Of a stretch of 64,000 nucleotides of DNA, positions 14,860-24,989 are shown one piece after another; within the stretch, counting starts at the first letter, position 1; the number at the start of each line of letters is the position of its first letter. The notes below the pieces were generated by a model. The model searched no databases. It had not been told where the DNA came from and saw only the letters and a list, made by a program, of their open reading frames with translations. The DNA is from an uncultured Planctomycetia bacterium (GTDB lineage Bacteria; Omnitrophota; Gorgyraeia; Duberdicusellales; 4484-171): assembly GCA_964536865.1 (NCBI GenBank), contig CAZHYN010000002.1, forward strand, positions 608-64,607, given 5' to 3'. The position numbers and the translations under genes are program-made.

Positions 14860-16292
14860 TTTAAAACTGGATTACGAGCAGCAAAAACTTCATCTACTCT
14901 CTTAGTGAAAGTAGTGTGGGGTGCATCTTTTAAAATAGAAGGTTTGGTCTTAGCTTCCTGATCTATCCTCTTCATAACATCAATAAAATAATCTAAGGTC
15001 TCTTTACTTTCTGTTTCGGTGGGTTCAACCATTAGAGCTTCCTTAACTACAAGAGGAAAATACATAGTAGGGGGATGAATTCCATAATCAAGAAGTCGCT
15101 TGGCAATATCTAAAGCAGTAACTCCATACTCTTCCTTTTTATCTTTACAGGAAAAAACTACCTCATGCATACATCTCTTGGGAGAAGCTAACTGGTAATT
15201 ATCCCTTAGTTTCTCTCTGATGTAGTTAGCATTTAGAAGAGAATTATGTGCCACCCTAACTAAACCTTCTTTGCCCAATCGTAAAAGATAAGCGTAAGTT
15301 TTCACCAATACAGGAAAATTTCCGTAGAAAGAACGCACCTTACCAATGGAGTGCTCTAAATCATAATTTAGGTAGTAGTGAGCTTCTCTCTTATCTACTA
15401 AAGGAACAGGTAAAAAAGGAACAAGGTCTTTTCTTACTCCCACTGCTCCTGCCCCTGGACCCCCACTACCATGAGGTGTAGAAAATGTTTTGTGGAGGTT
15501 AAGATGAACAATATCGAATCCCATAAGGGAAGGCTTTGTTATTCCCAAAAGAGCATTAAAATTTGCTCCATCGTAATAAAGTAGGCCTCCCTGAGAATGA
15601 ATAATCTCTCTGATATCTAAAATCTGCTCTTCAAATATACCTAAGGTATTAGGACAGGTAAGCATCATACCAGCGGTGGATGAATCCACCACCTTCCTCA
15701 ACTTATCTATATCCACCAACCCCTCTTTCGTACTCTCTACTACCACAACCTGGTAGCCACACATACTTGCAGTGGCGGGATTTGTGCCGTGGGAAGAGTC
15801 AGGAACAACTACTTTAAATCGCTTCTCCCTTTTTAGAGAATGAAAAGCCTTAACTATAAGCATGCCGGTTAACTCTCCATGCGCCCCTGCACTGGGTTGG
15901 AAGCTAAATCGCTCCATTCCTGTAATCTCACATAATAGTTTCTCTAGGTTATAGAGAACTTCTAAGGTTCCCTGGATATCCTCCTCTCTCTGATAAGGAT
16001 GGATGCAAGCAAACTCCTCTAAGTTAGCCAAGTCTTCATTAACCTTAGGGTTATACTTCATTGTACAGGAACCAAGAGGATAAAAATTTGTATCTATACA
16101 GTAATTCAATCTAGAAAGGTTGGTATAATGTCTTACTACATCAGCCTCTCCTAAAGATGGTAAGTTTAAATCCTCTCTTAATAACCTCTGAGGTATAAAA
16201 TGGGAAGGTGGAAAAATAGAAATCTGTGGCTTAGTTACATAGTCAGTAAATCTTCCTTTTTGAGATTTTCGAAAGATGATTTTCTCTTTCAT
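14838..16292 (-). CDS. gcvPB: glycine dehydrogenase (decarboxylating) subunit 2
   Basis: 484 aa. It has a PLP-dependent fold with SLNLHKTFSTPHGSGGPGAG around the PLP lysine. Confidence 0.9.
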   Translation of the reverse strand: MKEKIIFRKSQKGRFTDYVTKPQISIFPPSHFIPQRLLREDLNLPSLGEADVVRHYTNLSRLNYCIDTNFYPLGSCTMKYNPKVNEDLANLEEFACIHPYQREEDIQGTLEVLYNLEKLLCEITGMERFSFQPSAGAHGELTGMLIVKAFHSLKREKRFKVVVPDSSHGTNPATASMCGYQVVVVESTKEGLVDIDKLRKVVDSSTAGMMLTCPNTLGIFEEQILDIREIIHSQGGLLYYDGANFNALLGITKPSLMGFDIVHLNLHKTFSTPHGSGGPGAGAVGVRKDLVPFLPVPLVDKREAHYYLNYDLEHSIGKVRSFYGNFPVLVKTYAYLLRLGKEGLVRVAHNSLLNANYIREKLRDNYQLASPKRCMHEVVFSCKDKKEEYGVTALDIAKRLLDYGIHPPTMYFPLVVKEALMVEPTETESKETLDYFIDVMKRIDQEAKTKPSILKDAPHTTFTKRVDEVFAARNPVLKWEESGE

Positions 16293-17632
16293 CTAACTAC
16301 TTCCTTTAAACATATTACAAAATCATCTATCTCCTCCTTGGTTTTTATCTCAGTACAAGAAGTTAAGATACAATCTTTAAGTTGGGGATAAAATTTCTCT
16401 AACATTAATCCGGGAATAATACTCTTACTGTAAAGAGCCTCCCATACTTGGTAAGAATTATTTACCTGCCAAACAAACTCATTAAAGAACGGAGAAGGAA
16501 AAACTAATTTGATCTCTCTTATATCCTCTAAACAGCGATAAAGGTAATAAGCTAAATTTAAGGAGTATAAAGCAACTTTCTTTAACCCTTCCTTTCCTAA
16601 TAAAGAAAGGTAAATTGCTCCTGCTATGGCATTTAAAGAGTGATTAGAACAGATATTACTGGTAGCCTTCTCTCTCCGGATATGCTGCTCTCTTGTTTGA
16701 AGAGTAAGACAGAAACTCTCTTTCCCCTCTCGATCCACAGTTTTTCCTACAATTCTGCCAGGAAGGTGTCTTAAGTAATCTCTTTTAGTAGCAAGCCAGC
16801 CAAAGGTTTCTCCTCCCCAGGCACAAGCTCTTCCTAAAACTTGACCTTCTCCACAGACAATATCTACCCCTAACTTAGCAGGTTCTTTAAGAATAGCTAA
16901 AGATACAGGATTGGTCACTAAAATAACCAAAATCCCTTTCTTTTTTACTATCTCATTTATAGTTTCTAAATCTTCAATTAATCCAAAAAAGTTAGGACTC
17001 TGGATACATACACAAGCTACTCTATCATCTATTTTCTCTTTAAGAGTATCCAAATCTAAAAACCCATCACGGTTAAACTTAATCTCTTCTACTAAGAAAT
17101 CAGAACCTTTAAGATAGGTGTACAGAACAGCTCGATACTCAGGATGGATACTTTCACAAATTAAAACTTTACTCCTTCTCTTAATGCGTAAACTCATAAG
17201 TACTGCTTCCGCTAAACTAGTAGCTCCATCATAGAGAGAAGCATTGCTGACCTCCATTCCTGTTAAAAGACAGATATAAGTCTGGTATTCAAAAATAGCT
17301 TGTAAACTCCCTTGAGAAGCCTCTGCCTGATAGGGAGTATAAGCAGTGTAAAACTCTGCTCTCCCTATAAGGTGATTTAAGGGAGAAGGAATATAGTGAG
17401 GGTAAATTCCTCCCCCCAAGAAAGAATTAAACTTACTGAGAGGCTTATTCTTTTTAGCCAGTCTTTTAACTACCCGAATTAACTCCTCCTCACTTAACCC
17501 CGAAGGCAAAGAAAGTTCTCCTCTAATCCTTAATGAGGGAGGAAGATGAGAAAAAAGTTCCTCTAAGGAGCCTAAACCCACAACTTCTAACATTTCTTTA
17601 ATTTGGGAAGGAGTATTGAGAATATAAGGCAT
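16289..17632 (-). CDS. gcvPA: glycine dehydrogenase (decarboxylating) subunit 1
   Basis: 447 aa. It is the N-terminal half of the P-protein (TAYTPYQAEASQG) and is adjacent to gcvPB. Confidence 0.9.
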   Translation of the reverse strand: MPYILNTPSQIKEMLEVVGLGSLEELFSHLPPSLRIRGELSLPSGLSEEELIRVVKRLAKKNKPLSKFNSFLGGGIYPHYIPSPLNHLIGRAEFYTAYTPYQAEASQGSLQAIFEYQTYICLLTGMEVSNASLYDGATSLAEAVLMSLRIKRRSKVLICESIHPEYRAVLYTYLKGSDFLVEEIKFNRDGFLDLDTLKEKIDDRVACVCIQSPNFFGLIEDLETINEIVKKKGILVILVTNPVSLAILKEPAKLGVDIVCGEGQVLGRACAWGGETFGWLATKRDYLRHLPGRIVGKTVDREGKESFCLTLQTREQHIRREKATSNICSNHSLNAIAGAIYLSLLGKEGLKKVALYSLNLAYYLYRCLEDIREIKLVFPSPFFNEFVWQVNNSYQVWEALYSKSIIPGLMLEKFYPQLKDCILTSCTEIKTKEEIDDFVICLKEVVR

Positions 17633-17634
17633 AC

Positions 17635-18015
17635 TTAAGATTCTTTTTCTATTAGACTCTTATAAGCAGTCTCCTCTAAAAGGTTAACTATCTCATCTCT
17701 GTTATCTACTTTTATCTTTATCATCCATCCTTTGCCGTAGGGATCTTGATTTACCCATTCGGGGTGATTAACTAAGTCATTATTAACTTCAATTACCTCT
17801 CCACTTAGAGGAGAGTATAAATCACTAGCTGCTTTGGTAGATTCTATTGTGCCAAAGTGTGAAAACTGAGTAAGTTTTTCTCCTACCGAAGGCAATTCTA
17901 CAAATACTATATCCCCCAACTCCTTTTGTGCATAATCAGTGATTCCTATAAGAGCACTATCATCTTCCAACCTTACCCACTCATGAGTTTTAGAAAAAAA
18001 CCTATCCGCCATCAC
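17635..18015 (-). CDS. gcvH: glycine cleavage system H protein
   Basis: 126 aa with the lipoyl-lysine motif (ESTKAASD). Confidence 0.9.
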   Translation of the reverse strand: MMADRFFSKTHEWVRLEDDSALIGITDYAQKELGDIVFVELPSVGEKLTQFSHFGTIESTKAASDLYSPLSGEVIEVNNDLVNHPEWVNQDPYGKGWMIKIKVDNRDEIVNLLEETAYKSLIEKES

Positions 18016-18023
18016 TACCTCCC

Positions 18024-19145
18024 CTATCGGTAATACTTATGCTTAATGAATGGTAAATCTTTTACCTTCCCTTGATAAAATTTATCCCTTACCTTTACCT
18101 TTATAGGTGTGCCACTACAGGCAAATTCTGTCTTTACATACCCAATTCCTATGAAAGCGTCTAAGTTAGGAGAGTAAGCTCCGCTGGTTACTTCTCCAAT
18201 CCTCTCTTGGGAATAATTAAAGATAGGATACCCTTTACGAGGGAATCCTCTTTCCTGCATAATAAATCCTACCCTCTTTCTCTCTATCCCCTTCTCCAAA
18301 GCTTTTACCAGACTCTTTTTACCCACAAAATCCTTACTCTTTAACTTTACTACCCAATCTAGAGAAGCTTGGAAAGGATTGGTAGACTCACTTATATCAT
18401 TCCCATAAAGAGGATAACCTGCCTCTATCCGTAAAACATCTCTTGAACCCAAACCCGCTAAAGTAAGACCAAACTCTTTCCCCTTCTCCACAATTAAATC
18501 CCAGAAGTGAATAGCTCTCTCCTTAGGAAGGCACACTTCAAACCCATCTTCTCCCGTATACCCACTTCGAGAAATAATTAAATCAACTCCATCTATTCTC
18601 CTGGTCAAAAAATGCATATACTTAAGCTCACTTAGAGAATCACCAATTACTTTCTGCATCACTTTCCAAGACAAAGGTCCCTGTAAGGAAAGGAAGGCAG
18701 TATCAAAAGTCTCATCCTTGATTACTACCTCTTGACTATTACTTTTAAGCCAGGCAAAGTCCTTCTCTCGATTAGAAGCATTAACTACACATAAAAACTT
18801 ATCCCCTAAGTTGTAAATTATAAAATCATCAATTATTGTACCCTCAGGTGTAGTAAAAAGATTATACTGAAGAGAAAATGCTTTTAGCTTAGAAATATCA
18901 TTAGTGGTAAGTTTCTGAAGAAAATTTTCTCTTCCCTCTCCTTCAATAATAAATCTGCCCATATGAGATGTGTCAAATAACACACAGTTGGTACGAGCGC
19001 ATCTTGCCTCTTTAAGAATACTTTCATACTCTAAAGGGAGTGCCCAACCACTAAAGTTAACGATTTTAGAACTCTTCTCCCGATGCCTATGATAAATGGG
19101 AGTTCTCAGCATAGACGATATTGTCTTCCCAATTAAAAAGATCAA
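18024..19145 (-). CDS. gcvT: aminomethyltransferase (glycine cleavage T protein)
   Basis: 373 aa of the GcvT family. It is the first gene of the gcvTHP run. Confidence 0.9.
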   Translation of the reverse strand: MIFLIGKTISSMLRTPIYHRHREKSSKIVNFSGWALPLEYESILKEARCARTNCVLFDTSHMGRFIIEGEGRENFLQKLTTNDISKLKAFSLQYNLFTTPEGTIIDDFIIYNLGDKFLCVVNASNREKDFAWLKSNSQEVVIKDETFDTAFLSLQGPLSWKVMQKVIGDSLSELKYMHFLTRRIDGVDLIISRSGYTGEDGFEVCLPKERAIHFWDLIVEKGKEFGLTLAGLGSRDVLRIEAGYPLYGNDISESTNPFQASLDWVVKLKSKDFVGKKSLVKALEKGIERKRVGFIMQERGFPRKGYPIFNYSQERIGEVTSGAYSPNLDAFIGIGYVKTEFACSGTPIKVKVRDKFYQGKVKDLPFIKHKYYR

Positions 19146-20245
19146 AGGCCTTTCTTAACTGTCTGAGCAGTAAGATTATCTATCTCTTTCTTCAAAACCT
19201 GAGGTAAAGAGAGAATCTCTGTATCCATAAATCCACGAACGATTATCCCAGTAGCCTCTTCTCTAGATAATCCTCTGGAAGCTAGATATTCAATCTCATC
19301 CTTACTAATTTTACCAATAGCTGCTTCGTGAGACATATCTACATCTTGATAATTTGTCTCTAACTCAGGAATAGCATGGATTACTCCTTGAGGGGAAAGA
19401 AAAAGTCCTCGACATTCTAAATGAGCCTTGACTTGAGGGCTCTCTGCTTTAAGATGCCCCCGGGCAACAATCTCTCCTCCTGTACTTACCCCTCGAGAAA
19501 CAACCTCTGCAGAAGTTTGAGGAGCTCTAAAGATAACTCTTGAGCCTATATCTTGAAAGGAACCTCTACTAGCCAAAAGGAGAGAGGTAAATCTGGCTTT
19601 GGAATTGTTTCCTAAAAGGACAGCGGTGGGATACATACTAACTTTACGCACAGGACGTAAGCATATATAGTTAGATAAAAAAGTAGCCCCCTCTTCTAAG
19701 ATAGCAATGCTTTTGGGCTCTACTACGGTATCCTCTCTCCAAGAGTGAATCATAGTGAAGTTAAGATAAGCTCCTTTTTTAGCAAAAAATTCAGAAATTC
19801 CTAGATGAGTAGAATCTTGGGAAGCATAGGAAGCAGTACAACCTGTAATAATGTAGACTTTAGCTCCTTCTTCTGCAATAATTAGATTATGAACTCTCTG
19901 AAAAAACTTTCTTTTCTTCAAAAAAAGACAAGCTTGAATAGGAAAGTAAGTATGAATCCCTTTTTTAACCCAGATAAAGTACCCTCCTTTAGTATCTTTA
20001 AAAAAGTCCTCTTCTAGAATTTGAAAGGCTTTACCATAAAACTCCTTACTCCAAGGATACTTTTCTAGCGCTTCCTCAATGGGGAGTATCTCTACACCAG
20101 GATTTAATGTTTTGGATATCAAAATTTCATCATCACTTTGGAGGAAAGAAACCAGACATTCCTTCTCACCAACATCTAATCCTGCGTTAGCTAAGCATTG
20201 AATCTCTTTCTCATTTAACTTTTTATCTAAACCTTTCATAGACAC
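19142..20245 (-). CDS. Fe-S cluster assembly protein, SufB/SufD family
   Basis: 367 aa with a SufBD beta-helix core. It is immediately downstream of sufC with a 10-bp overlap. Confidence 0.7.
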   Translation of the reverse strand: MSMKGLDKKLNEKEIQCLANAGLDVGEKECLVSFLQSDDEILISKTLNPGVEILPIEEALEKYPWSKEFYGKAFQILEEDFFKDTKGGYFIWVKKGIHTYFPIQACLFLKKRKFFQRVHNLIIAEEGAKVYIITGCTASYASQDSTHLGISEFFAKKGAYLNFTMIHSWREDTVVEPKSIAILEEGATFLSNYICLRPVRKVSMYPTAVLLGNNSKARFTSLLLASRGSFQDIGSRVIFRAPQTSAEVVSRGVSTGGEIVARGHLKAESPQVKAHLECRGLFLSPQGVIHAIPELETNYQDVDMSHEAAIGKISKDEIEYLASRGLSREEATGIIVRGFMDTEILSLPQVLKKEIDNLTAQTVKKGL

Positions 20246-20952
20246 TTTCTACATCTTTCGTAACCGAACTTTCTTATAGTTTCAAAAATTTCTTGGGGGT
20301 GACCTATACAGTGAATAGCTCCATCTATCATTACACATCCTGTAGTAGCTTGGATATAATCAAGGATGTAGCCAGTATGGGTAATAATCAAAGAAGCAGG
20401 TTTCTGCTCCTTAAGGAAAAAATCCAAAATCCCTCCCATAAGAGAAATATTTTCTAAATCCACACCTGACTCTGGCTCGTCAAGAAGAAGAAGTTTAGGC
20501 TGTTGAAGAATTACCTGAAATAATTCAGAACGTTTCATTTCTCCCCCAGAAAAATCGAAGTTAAGCTCACGGTGGAACATCTTATCTAAATTAAGTTGGC
20601 ATGCTAAACTCTTTATCTTCTCCTCTTGGGAACTCAAAAAATTAGCAATCTGCTCTAACCTCACCCCCCTTACCTTTGGAGGATGTTGAAACATAATTCC
20701 TATTCCTAATCTAGCTCTCTCATGAATAGGTAAACTCTTAATACTCTTCCCCTCAAAGAAAATATCTCCCTTCACAATCTCATATCCACTTATCCCCATA
20801 ATTGTCTTAATAAGAGTGGACTTCCCACTTCCGTTAGGTCCAAAAAGAATGAGTGTAGAATTCTTCTCCACATCCAAGTCTATATCCTTTAAGATCACCT
20901 TCTGGTTAGCTTGGACAGTTAGATTTTTTATTTGGAGAATATATTCAGGCAT
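20236..20952 (-). CDS. sufC: Fe-S cluster assembly ATPase SufC
   Basis: ABC ATPase with a Walker A motif (GPNGSGKST), signature FSGGEMKR, and Walker B motif LLLLDEPESG. Confidence 0.85.
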   Translation of the reverse strand: MPEYILQIKNLTVQANQKVILKDIDLDVEKNSTLILFGPNGSGKSTLIKTIMGISGYEIVKGDIFFEGKSIKSLPIHERARLGIGIMFQHPPKVRGVRLEQIANFLSSQEEKIKSLACQLNLDKMFHRELNFDFSGGEMKRSELFQVILQQPKLLLLDEPESGVDLENISLMGGILDFFLKEQKPASLIITHTGYILDYIQATTGCVMIDGAIHCIGHPQEIFETIRKFGYERCRKCL

Positions 20953-21051
20953 TTTTAGCTATTTTGCAGGAAAACTTATATTAACATAAATTAGTAAAAA
21001 ATAAAGAAAAAAATTAAAAATAATTTATTCTTTGGTAAAATATTCATAGAA

Positions 21052-21513
21052 ATGAAAAAATTAAAAACTCTAGTAAATCTTCTTAAAAAGAGAAAGAAAA
21101 CTATAGCTGTGGCAGAATCAATGAGTGGAGGTTACCTTTCTTATCTCCTCACTAAAATTCCTGGGAGCTCAAATTTTTTTAGATTAGGAGTGGTAGCTTA
21201 TTCTCTACAGGCAAAACACAAATTATTTAATATCCCTTATACCATCCTGAATCCCACACAGGGCGTCTCAGAAAAAATAGCTAAAATTTTGGCTAAAAAA
21301 ATAAAAGGTATACTTGGTACAGACTTAGGGGCTTCTATCGTTGGTTTTGCTGGACCCAAAGCAAAGAAAGGAATGCGAGGAGTAGTGTACTTAAGTTTAG
21401 CTAAACATAGAAAAATAGTAACTAAAAGAGAAAGAATTTCTGGATCACGAGAAGAAGTTAGAAAAAAAGCTAGCTATGCCCTAATAGAATTTATTCTAAA
21501 TAATTTAGAATGA
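21052..21513 (+). CDS. CinA C-terminal-domain protein (nicotinamide-nucleotide amidohydrolase PncC-like)
   Basis: 153 aa. CinA_C motifs are present (AVAESMSGGY, GVVAYSLQAK, VVYLSL). Confidence 0.7.
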   Translation: MKKLKTLVNLLKKRKKTIAVAESMSGGYLSYLLTKIPGSSNFFRLGVVAYSLQAKHKLFNIPYTILNPTQGVSEKIAKILAKKIKGILGTDLGASIVGFAGPKAKKGMRGVVYLSLAKHRKIVTKRERISGSREEVRKKASYALIEFILNNLE

Positions 21514-22058
21514 GGACTTTCATCGCCTTTCCCTTACCTTTGGAAATAAAAGAGAGAATAGCAGAGATCCAAGATAAGTTAAAAGACTGTCACTTAGATG
21601 TAAAATGGGTAAAACCAATTAACCTTCATATAACTCTTAAGTTTCTAGGAGAAATACAAAAAACAGTGGTTAGTAAGGTTAAAGGAATTTTAGAAAATAT
21701 AGGAACTAACTTCTCTTCTATTAACGTAAAACTGAAAGAGTTTGGCTTCTTCCCCAATGAAAAAAGACCTCGTGTATTTTTTATCTCTACGAACCAAGAG
21801 GATTATTTGAGAAGTATCTCTTTAACTTTAGAAGAGAAATTAGAAGAAATTAGCTTTAAAAAAGAAGAAAGATTTAAATCTCACATTACTATAGCTCGTT
21901 TTAGAAGCAAAAAGAACCTGGATTGTTTATTTAGACAAATCAAAAATATAAAAATAGAGGGAAAATTCTTTATTAAAGAAATTGTCTTTTTTAGGAGTAT
22001 CTTAACATCCCAAGGACCAATCTATGAAGAAATCTTTAAAATAAACTTAAAGACGTGA
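21510..22058 (+). CDS. thpR: RNA 2',3'-cyclic phosphodiesterase (2H family, LigT/ThpR)
   Basis: It has two H-x-T-x motifs (HITLKF and HITIARF) in a 182-aa protein. Confidence 0.8.
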   Translation: MRTFIAFPLPLEIKERIAEIQDKLKDCHLDVKWVKPINLHITLKFLGEIQKTVVSKVKGILENIGTNFSSINVKLKEFGFFPNEKRPRVFFISTNQEDYLRSISLTLEEKLEEISFKKEERFKSHITIARFRSKKNLDCLFRQIKNIKIEGKFFIKEIVFFRSILTSQGPIYEEIFKINLKT

Positions 22059-22549
22059 AGGATAATATTTGTATATATCCCTGCGCACAAATCATCTCCT
22101 ACGATGCCATAACCCCCTTCTAATCTTTCTAAATTATTTGCAGGATAGAGCTTTAAAAAATCAAATAATCTAAAAAGTAAAAAAGCTAAAAAGATGAATG
22201 GTCCCTTTTTAGGTAAAAAGAGCAAACTTATGAGCATCCCTGAAAAATCATCAATTACGATTTCTTTAGCATCTTTCTCTTCAAAAATTCTTTCTCCCCA
22301 ACTAGAGAGAGGAAAACTTATAAAAACAACTATAAGCGTAAAGAAAAAAAATGAAAGACTACTTTTAAAAAGGAGAGAAACAAAAACTGCTACCAAAGAA
22401 GCAAATGTGCCTCCTAGAATAGGAAGATAACCTATTCCAAATAGAGTAGAAAGAAGTATCACCGTAGCTCTTAAAAAGTTTTTATAAGTCTTCTGTTTGC
22501 CCATAGGTAGTACACCCCAGAAAAAAGAGTAACTCCTACAATATACCAC
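22022..22549 (-). CDS. pgpA: phosphatidylglycerophosphatase A
   Basis: 175-aa membrane protein of the PgpA family (GGYGIVGDDLCAGIYT). Confidence 0.75.
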   Translation of the reverse strand: MVYCRSYSFFWGVLPMGKQKTYKNFLRATVILLSTLFGIGYLPILGGTFASLVAVFVSLLFKSSLSFFFFTLIVVFISFPLSSWGERIFEEKDAKEIVIDDFSGMLISLLFLPKKGPFIFLAFLLFRLFDFLKLYPANNLERLEGGYGIVGDDLCAGIYTNIILHVFKFILKISS

Positions 22550-23037
22550 ATAAGAAGAGGAATAAATTGGCGAGAAAGTATTCTAACTATGTAATTTTGA
22601 GAGTAAGCTTTCTCTAAAATAAGAATTAGATAAATAATTACTATTCCCAAAATTTGAGAAAATGTTTTATTTTTACCAAACCTTTTTGCTTCTAACACCA
22701 CTCCTCTGTTTAATCCTAAAAATCTAATCCCTGTAACAACAAACTCTCTTAGCATAATCACTACTACCATCCAGGCATTAATTACTCCTAACTCTAAGAA
22801 GGTAAGAAATACACCTATAACAAGGATTTTATCAGCGACAGGGTCAAGAAGCTTACCTAAATCAGAAATTAGATTTTTTCTGCGTGCTATAAAACCATCA
22901 AGATAATCGGTAAGAGAAGCTACTACAAATGTAAAAAAAGCTATAATTAAAGAAATAAAGGTATCTTTTAAAGTTAAACCTATGCAGAGGAAAGAAAGAA
23001 TAATTCTTGAAAAGGTAAGCTGGTTGGCTAAATTCAT
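22471..23037 (-). CDS. pgsA: CDP-diacylglycerol--glycerol-3-phosphate 3-phosphatidyltransferase
   Basis: CDP-alcohol phosphatidyltransferase motif DYLDG..AR..N..S..G...D..ADK. Confidence 0.8.
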   Translation of the reverse strand: MNLANQLTFSRIILSFLCIGLTLKDTFISLIIAFFTFVVASLTDYLDGFIARRKNLISDLGKLLDPVADKILVIGVFLTFLELGVINAWMVVVIMLREFVVTGIRFLGLNRGVVLEAKRFGKNKTFSQILGIVIIYLILILEKAYSQNYIVRILSRQFIPLLMWYIVGVTLFSGVYYLWANRRLIKTF

Positions 23038-24284
23038 TCTCCCACTAAATCGTACTCATAAGCATCAATAATTTTGCTATTATAAAAATCTCCGACTTTT
23101 ATCCTTCTATTCTTGCTCTTTCCTATATAAACTACTCCATCGATCTCGTAACAACTAAACTGGGTGCGAGCTAAGTAAGTATCCTGTGCTTCCTCATCTA
23201 TCAAAACTTCTACTCTCTTACCTAAAAATCTCCTATTGACTTCTAAAGAAATATCTCTCTGAAGCTCCATAAGTAACCTGAATCTTCTTAATTTCCGCTT
23301 ATAATGTAGTTGGCCAGTAAAAGAGTAAGCAGGGGTATTTTCTTCTCGAGAATATAGAAAAGCCCCTAATCTCTCAAACTTTACCTGAGCAACAAAATCC
23401 ATAAGCTCTTTAAACTCCTCCTCTTCTTCTTGAGGAAAACCCACAATTATAGAGGTTCTCAAAAATACTTGAGGAATTTTTTTTCTTATTCTGTCTATAA
23501 GAAGAATTATCTCCTTCTTTGTCACCCCTCTATTCATTAACTTTAGAATTCTATCATTTATATGTTGGATTGGCAAATCTATATATTTACATAATCTTTC
23601 TTCATGAGCAATAAGATCAATTAAAGAAGAGGAAAGATGTTTAGGATGAGTGTAAAGTAAGCGTATCCATCTTATATTCTTAGTCTTTTTTAGGATTCTT
23701 ATTAGAAGATAAACTAAATCCTTGGAAGGATTAAGGTCTTTACCCCAACTGGTTATATCTTGACCTACAAGGTTGAGTTCTTTTACTCCTCTTCTATCTA
23801 AAAATTTTACCTCTCTTAAAATATCTTCAATATTTCTACTTCTATGAGGCCCCTTTATAAGAGGAATAGCACAGTAACTGCAGTTATTGGAGCAACCCTC
23901 AGAAATTTTTAAGAAGTCTAAGTGATAAGGACCAAATCTTTTCTGTCTCACACAAGAAGGAATACCTACTAAATTTTCCCATCTATCTACCTGAGGAAAG
24001 AATTTTTTTAACGTATCCCCGTAGCGTACTACTAAGCAGCCTCGTACTATAAGATTCTTTATCTTTCCTCTTTTTTTTAGTCTTACTGCCTCCTCTATCG
24101 CCGCTATAGACTCCTGCTTAGCTTCTTTTATAAACCCACAAGTGTTAATGATAAGAGTATGAGGGGCATCTATCTTTTCTTGGAAATCAAAACCTTTCTT
24201 GATAAAGCGATTAACTATAACCTCTGAATCGTAACGATTACGGAAACATCCTAAAGAGACAACGGAAAAAGTCCTCCTCATCAA
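23034..24284 (-). CDS. rimO: radical-SAM methylthiotransferase, RimO-like (MiaB family)
   Basis: The N-terminal MTTase domain reads FSVVSLGCFRNRYDSE. A radical-SAM CSNNCSYC motif and a C-terminal TRAM-like domain are present. Confidence 0.6.
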   Translation of the reverse strand: MMRRTFSVVSLGCFRNRYDSEVIVNRFIKKGFDFQEKIDAPHTLIINTCGFIKEAKQESIAAIEEAVRLKKRGKIKNLIVRGCLVVRYGDTLKKFFPQVDRWENLVGIPSCVRQKRFGPYHLDFLKISEGCSNNCSYCAIPLIKGPHRSRNIEDILREVKFLDRRGVKELNLVGQDITSWGKDLNPSKDLVYLLIRILKKTKNIRWIRLLYTHPKHLSSSLIDLIAHEERLCKYIDLPIQHINDRILKLMNRGVTKKEIILLIDRIRKKIPQVFLRTSIIVGFPQEEEEEFKELMDFVAQVKFERLGAFLYSREENTPAYSFTGQLHYKRKLRRFRLLMELQRDISLEVNRRFLGKRVEVLIDEEAQDTYLARTQFSCYEIDGVVYIGKSKNRRIKVGDFYNSKIIDAYEYDLVGE

Positions 24285-24290
24285 GGTAGC

Positions 24291-24989
24291 TTATTTCTCT
24301 ACCGATACTCCTTGAGGGGTAATCTTTAAGCTCTTTATGGGTTGACGTAACCTCGTCAAAGGGGGAAGGAGTTTTCCGTTAACCTCTATTTCCACTGCAG
24401 AACCATCACTAAATTTAAATTCTATCTGGCGCATAGCTCTCCAACTTTCCACTACCCCCTTCTTAAGAGTACCTTCAAAAACTATCTTGCCTTCTACTTT
24501 TGCTATCACAAAGCAATCTCTTTTTGCAGTAATACTTACATAAAGAAGTTGGTTTTTGCCTGAGGAAGGAGAAGTAACTAACATTTTCTTACCTTGAGAA
24601 GGAAGAGGAGGAGAGGTTTTAAAAACCCTCCTTGAGAAAAATAAAATCCCAACTAAAATTATAAAAATGGCAATACTTCCAAATAAGATTCTTCTAAAGA
24701 AACGGTGTTTTTTAAAAGGAGGAGTAACTATAGGGGGAGTGTGTTTTTTCTCTTTCTTTTCTCCCCTGAAGAAAGAATCAAACTTTGCCTCATCAAATCT
24801 AATCTCCAAGAAAGAACAGTAGATTTTTAAGAACCCTTTCAAGTAAGTAGGATTTATCTTATCCCAGTTGCCCCCTTCTAAATCCTTTATTACCGAAGGA
24901 TGTAATTTAGTCTCCTCTACAACCTCCTCAATAGTTAAACCTAACTTCTCTCTCTCTTCTCTTAGTTGTGCAGATAACTCATCCTTCAT
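24291..24989 (-). CDS. RodZ-like protein (N-terminal HTH, one transmembrane segment, C-terminal domain)
   Basis: N-terminal XRE-like HTH (LGLTIEEVVEETKLHPSVIKDLE), a single transmembrane segment and a C-terminal beta-rich domain. Confidence 0.5.
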   Translation of the reverse strand: MKDELSAQLREEREKLGLTIEEVVEETKLHPSVIKDLEGGNWDKINPTYLKGFLKIYCSFLEIRFDEAKFDSFFRGEKKEKKHTPPIVTPPFKKHRFFRRILFGSIAIFIILVGILFFSRRVFKTSPPLPSQGKKMLVTSPSSGKNQLLYVSITAKRDCFVIAKVEGKIVFEGTLKKGVVESWRAMRQIEFKFSDGSAVEIEVNGKLLPPLTRLRQPIKSLKITPQGVSVEK

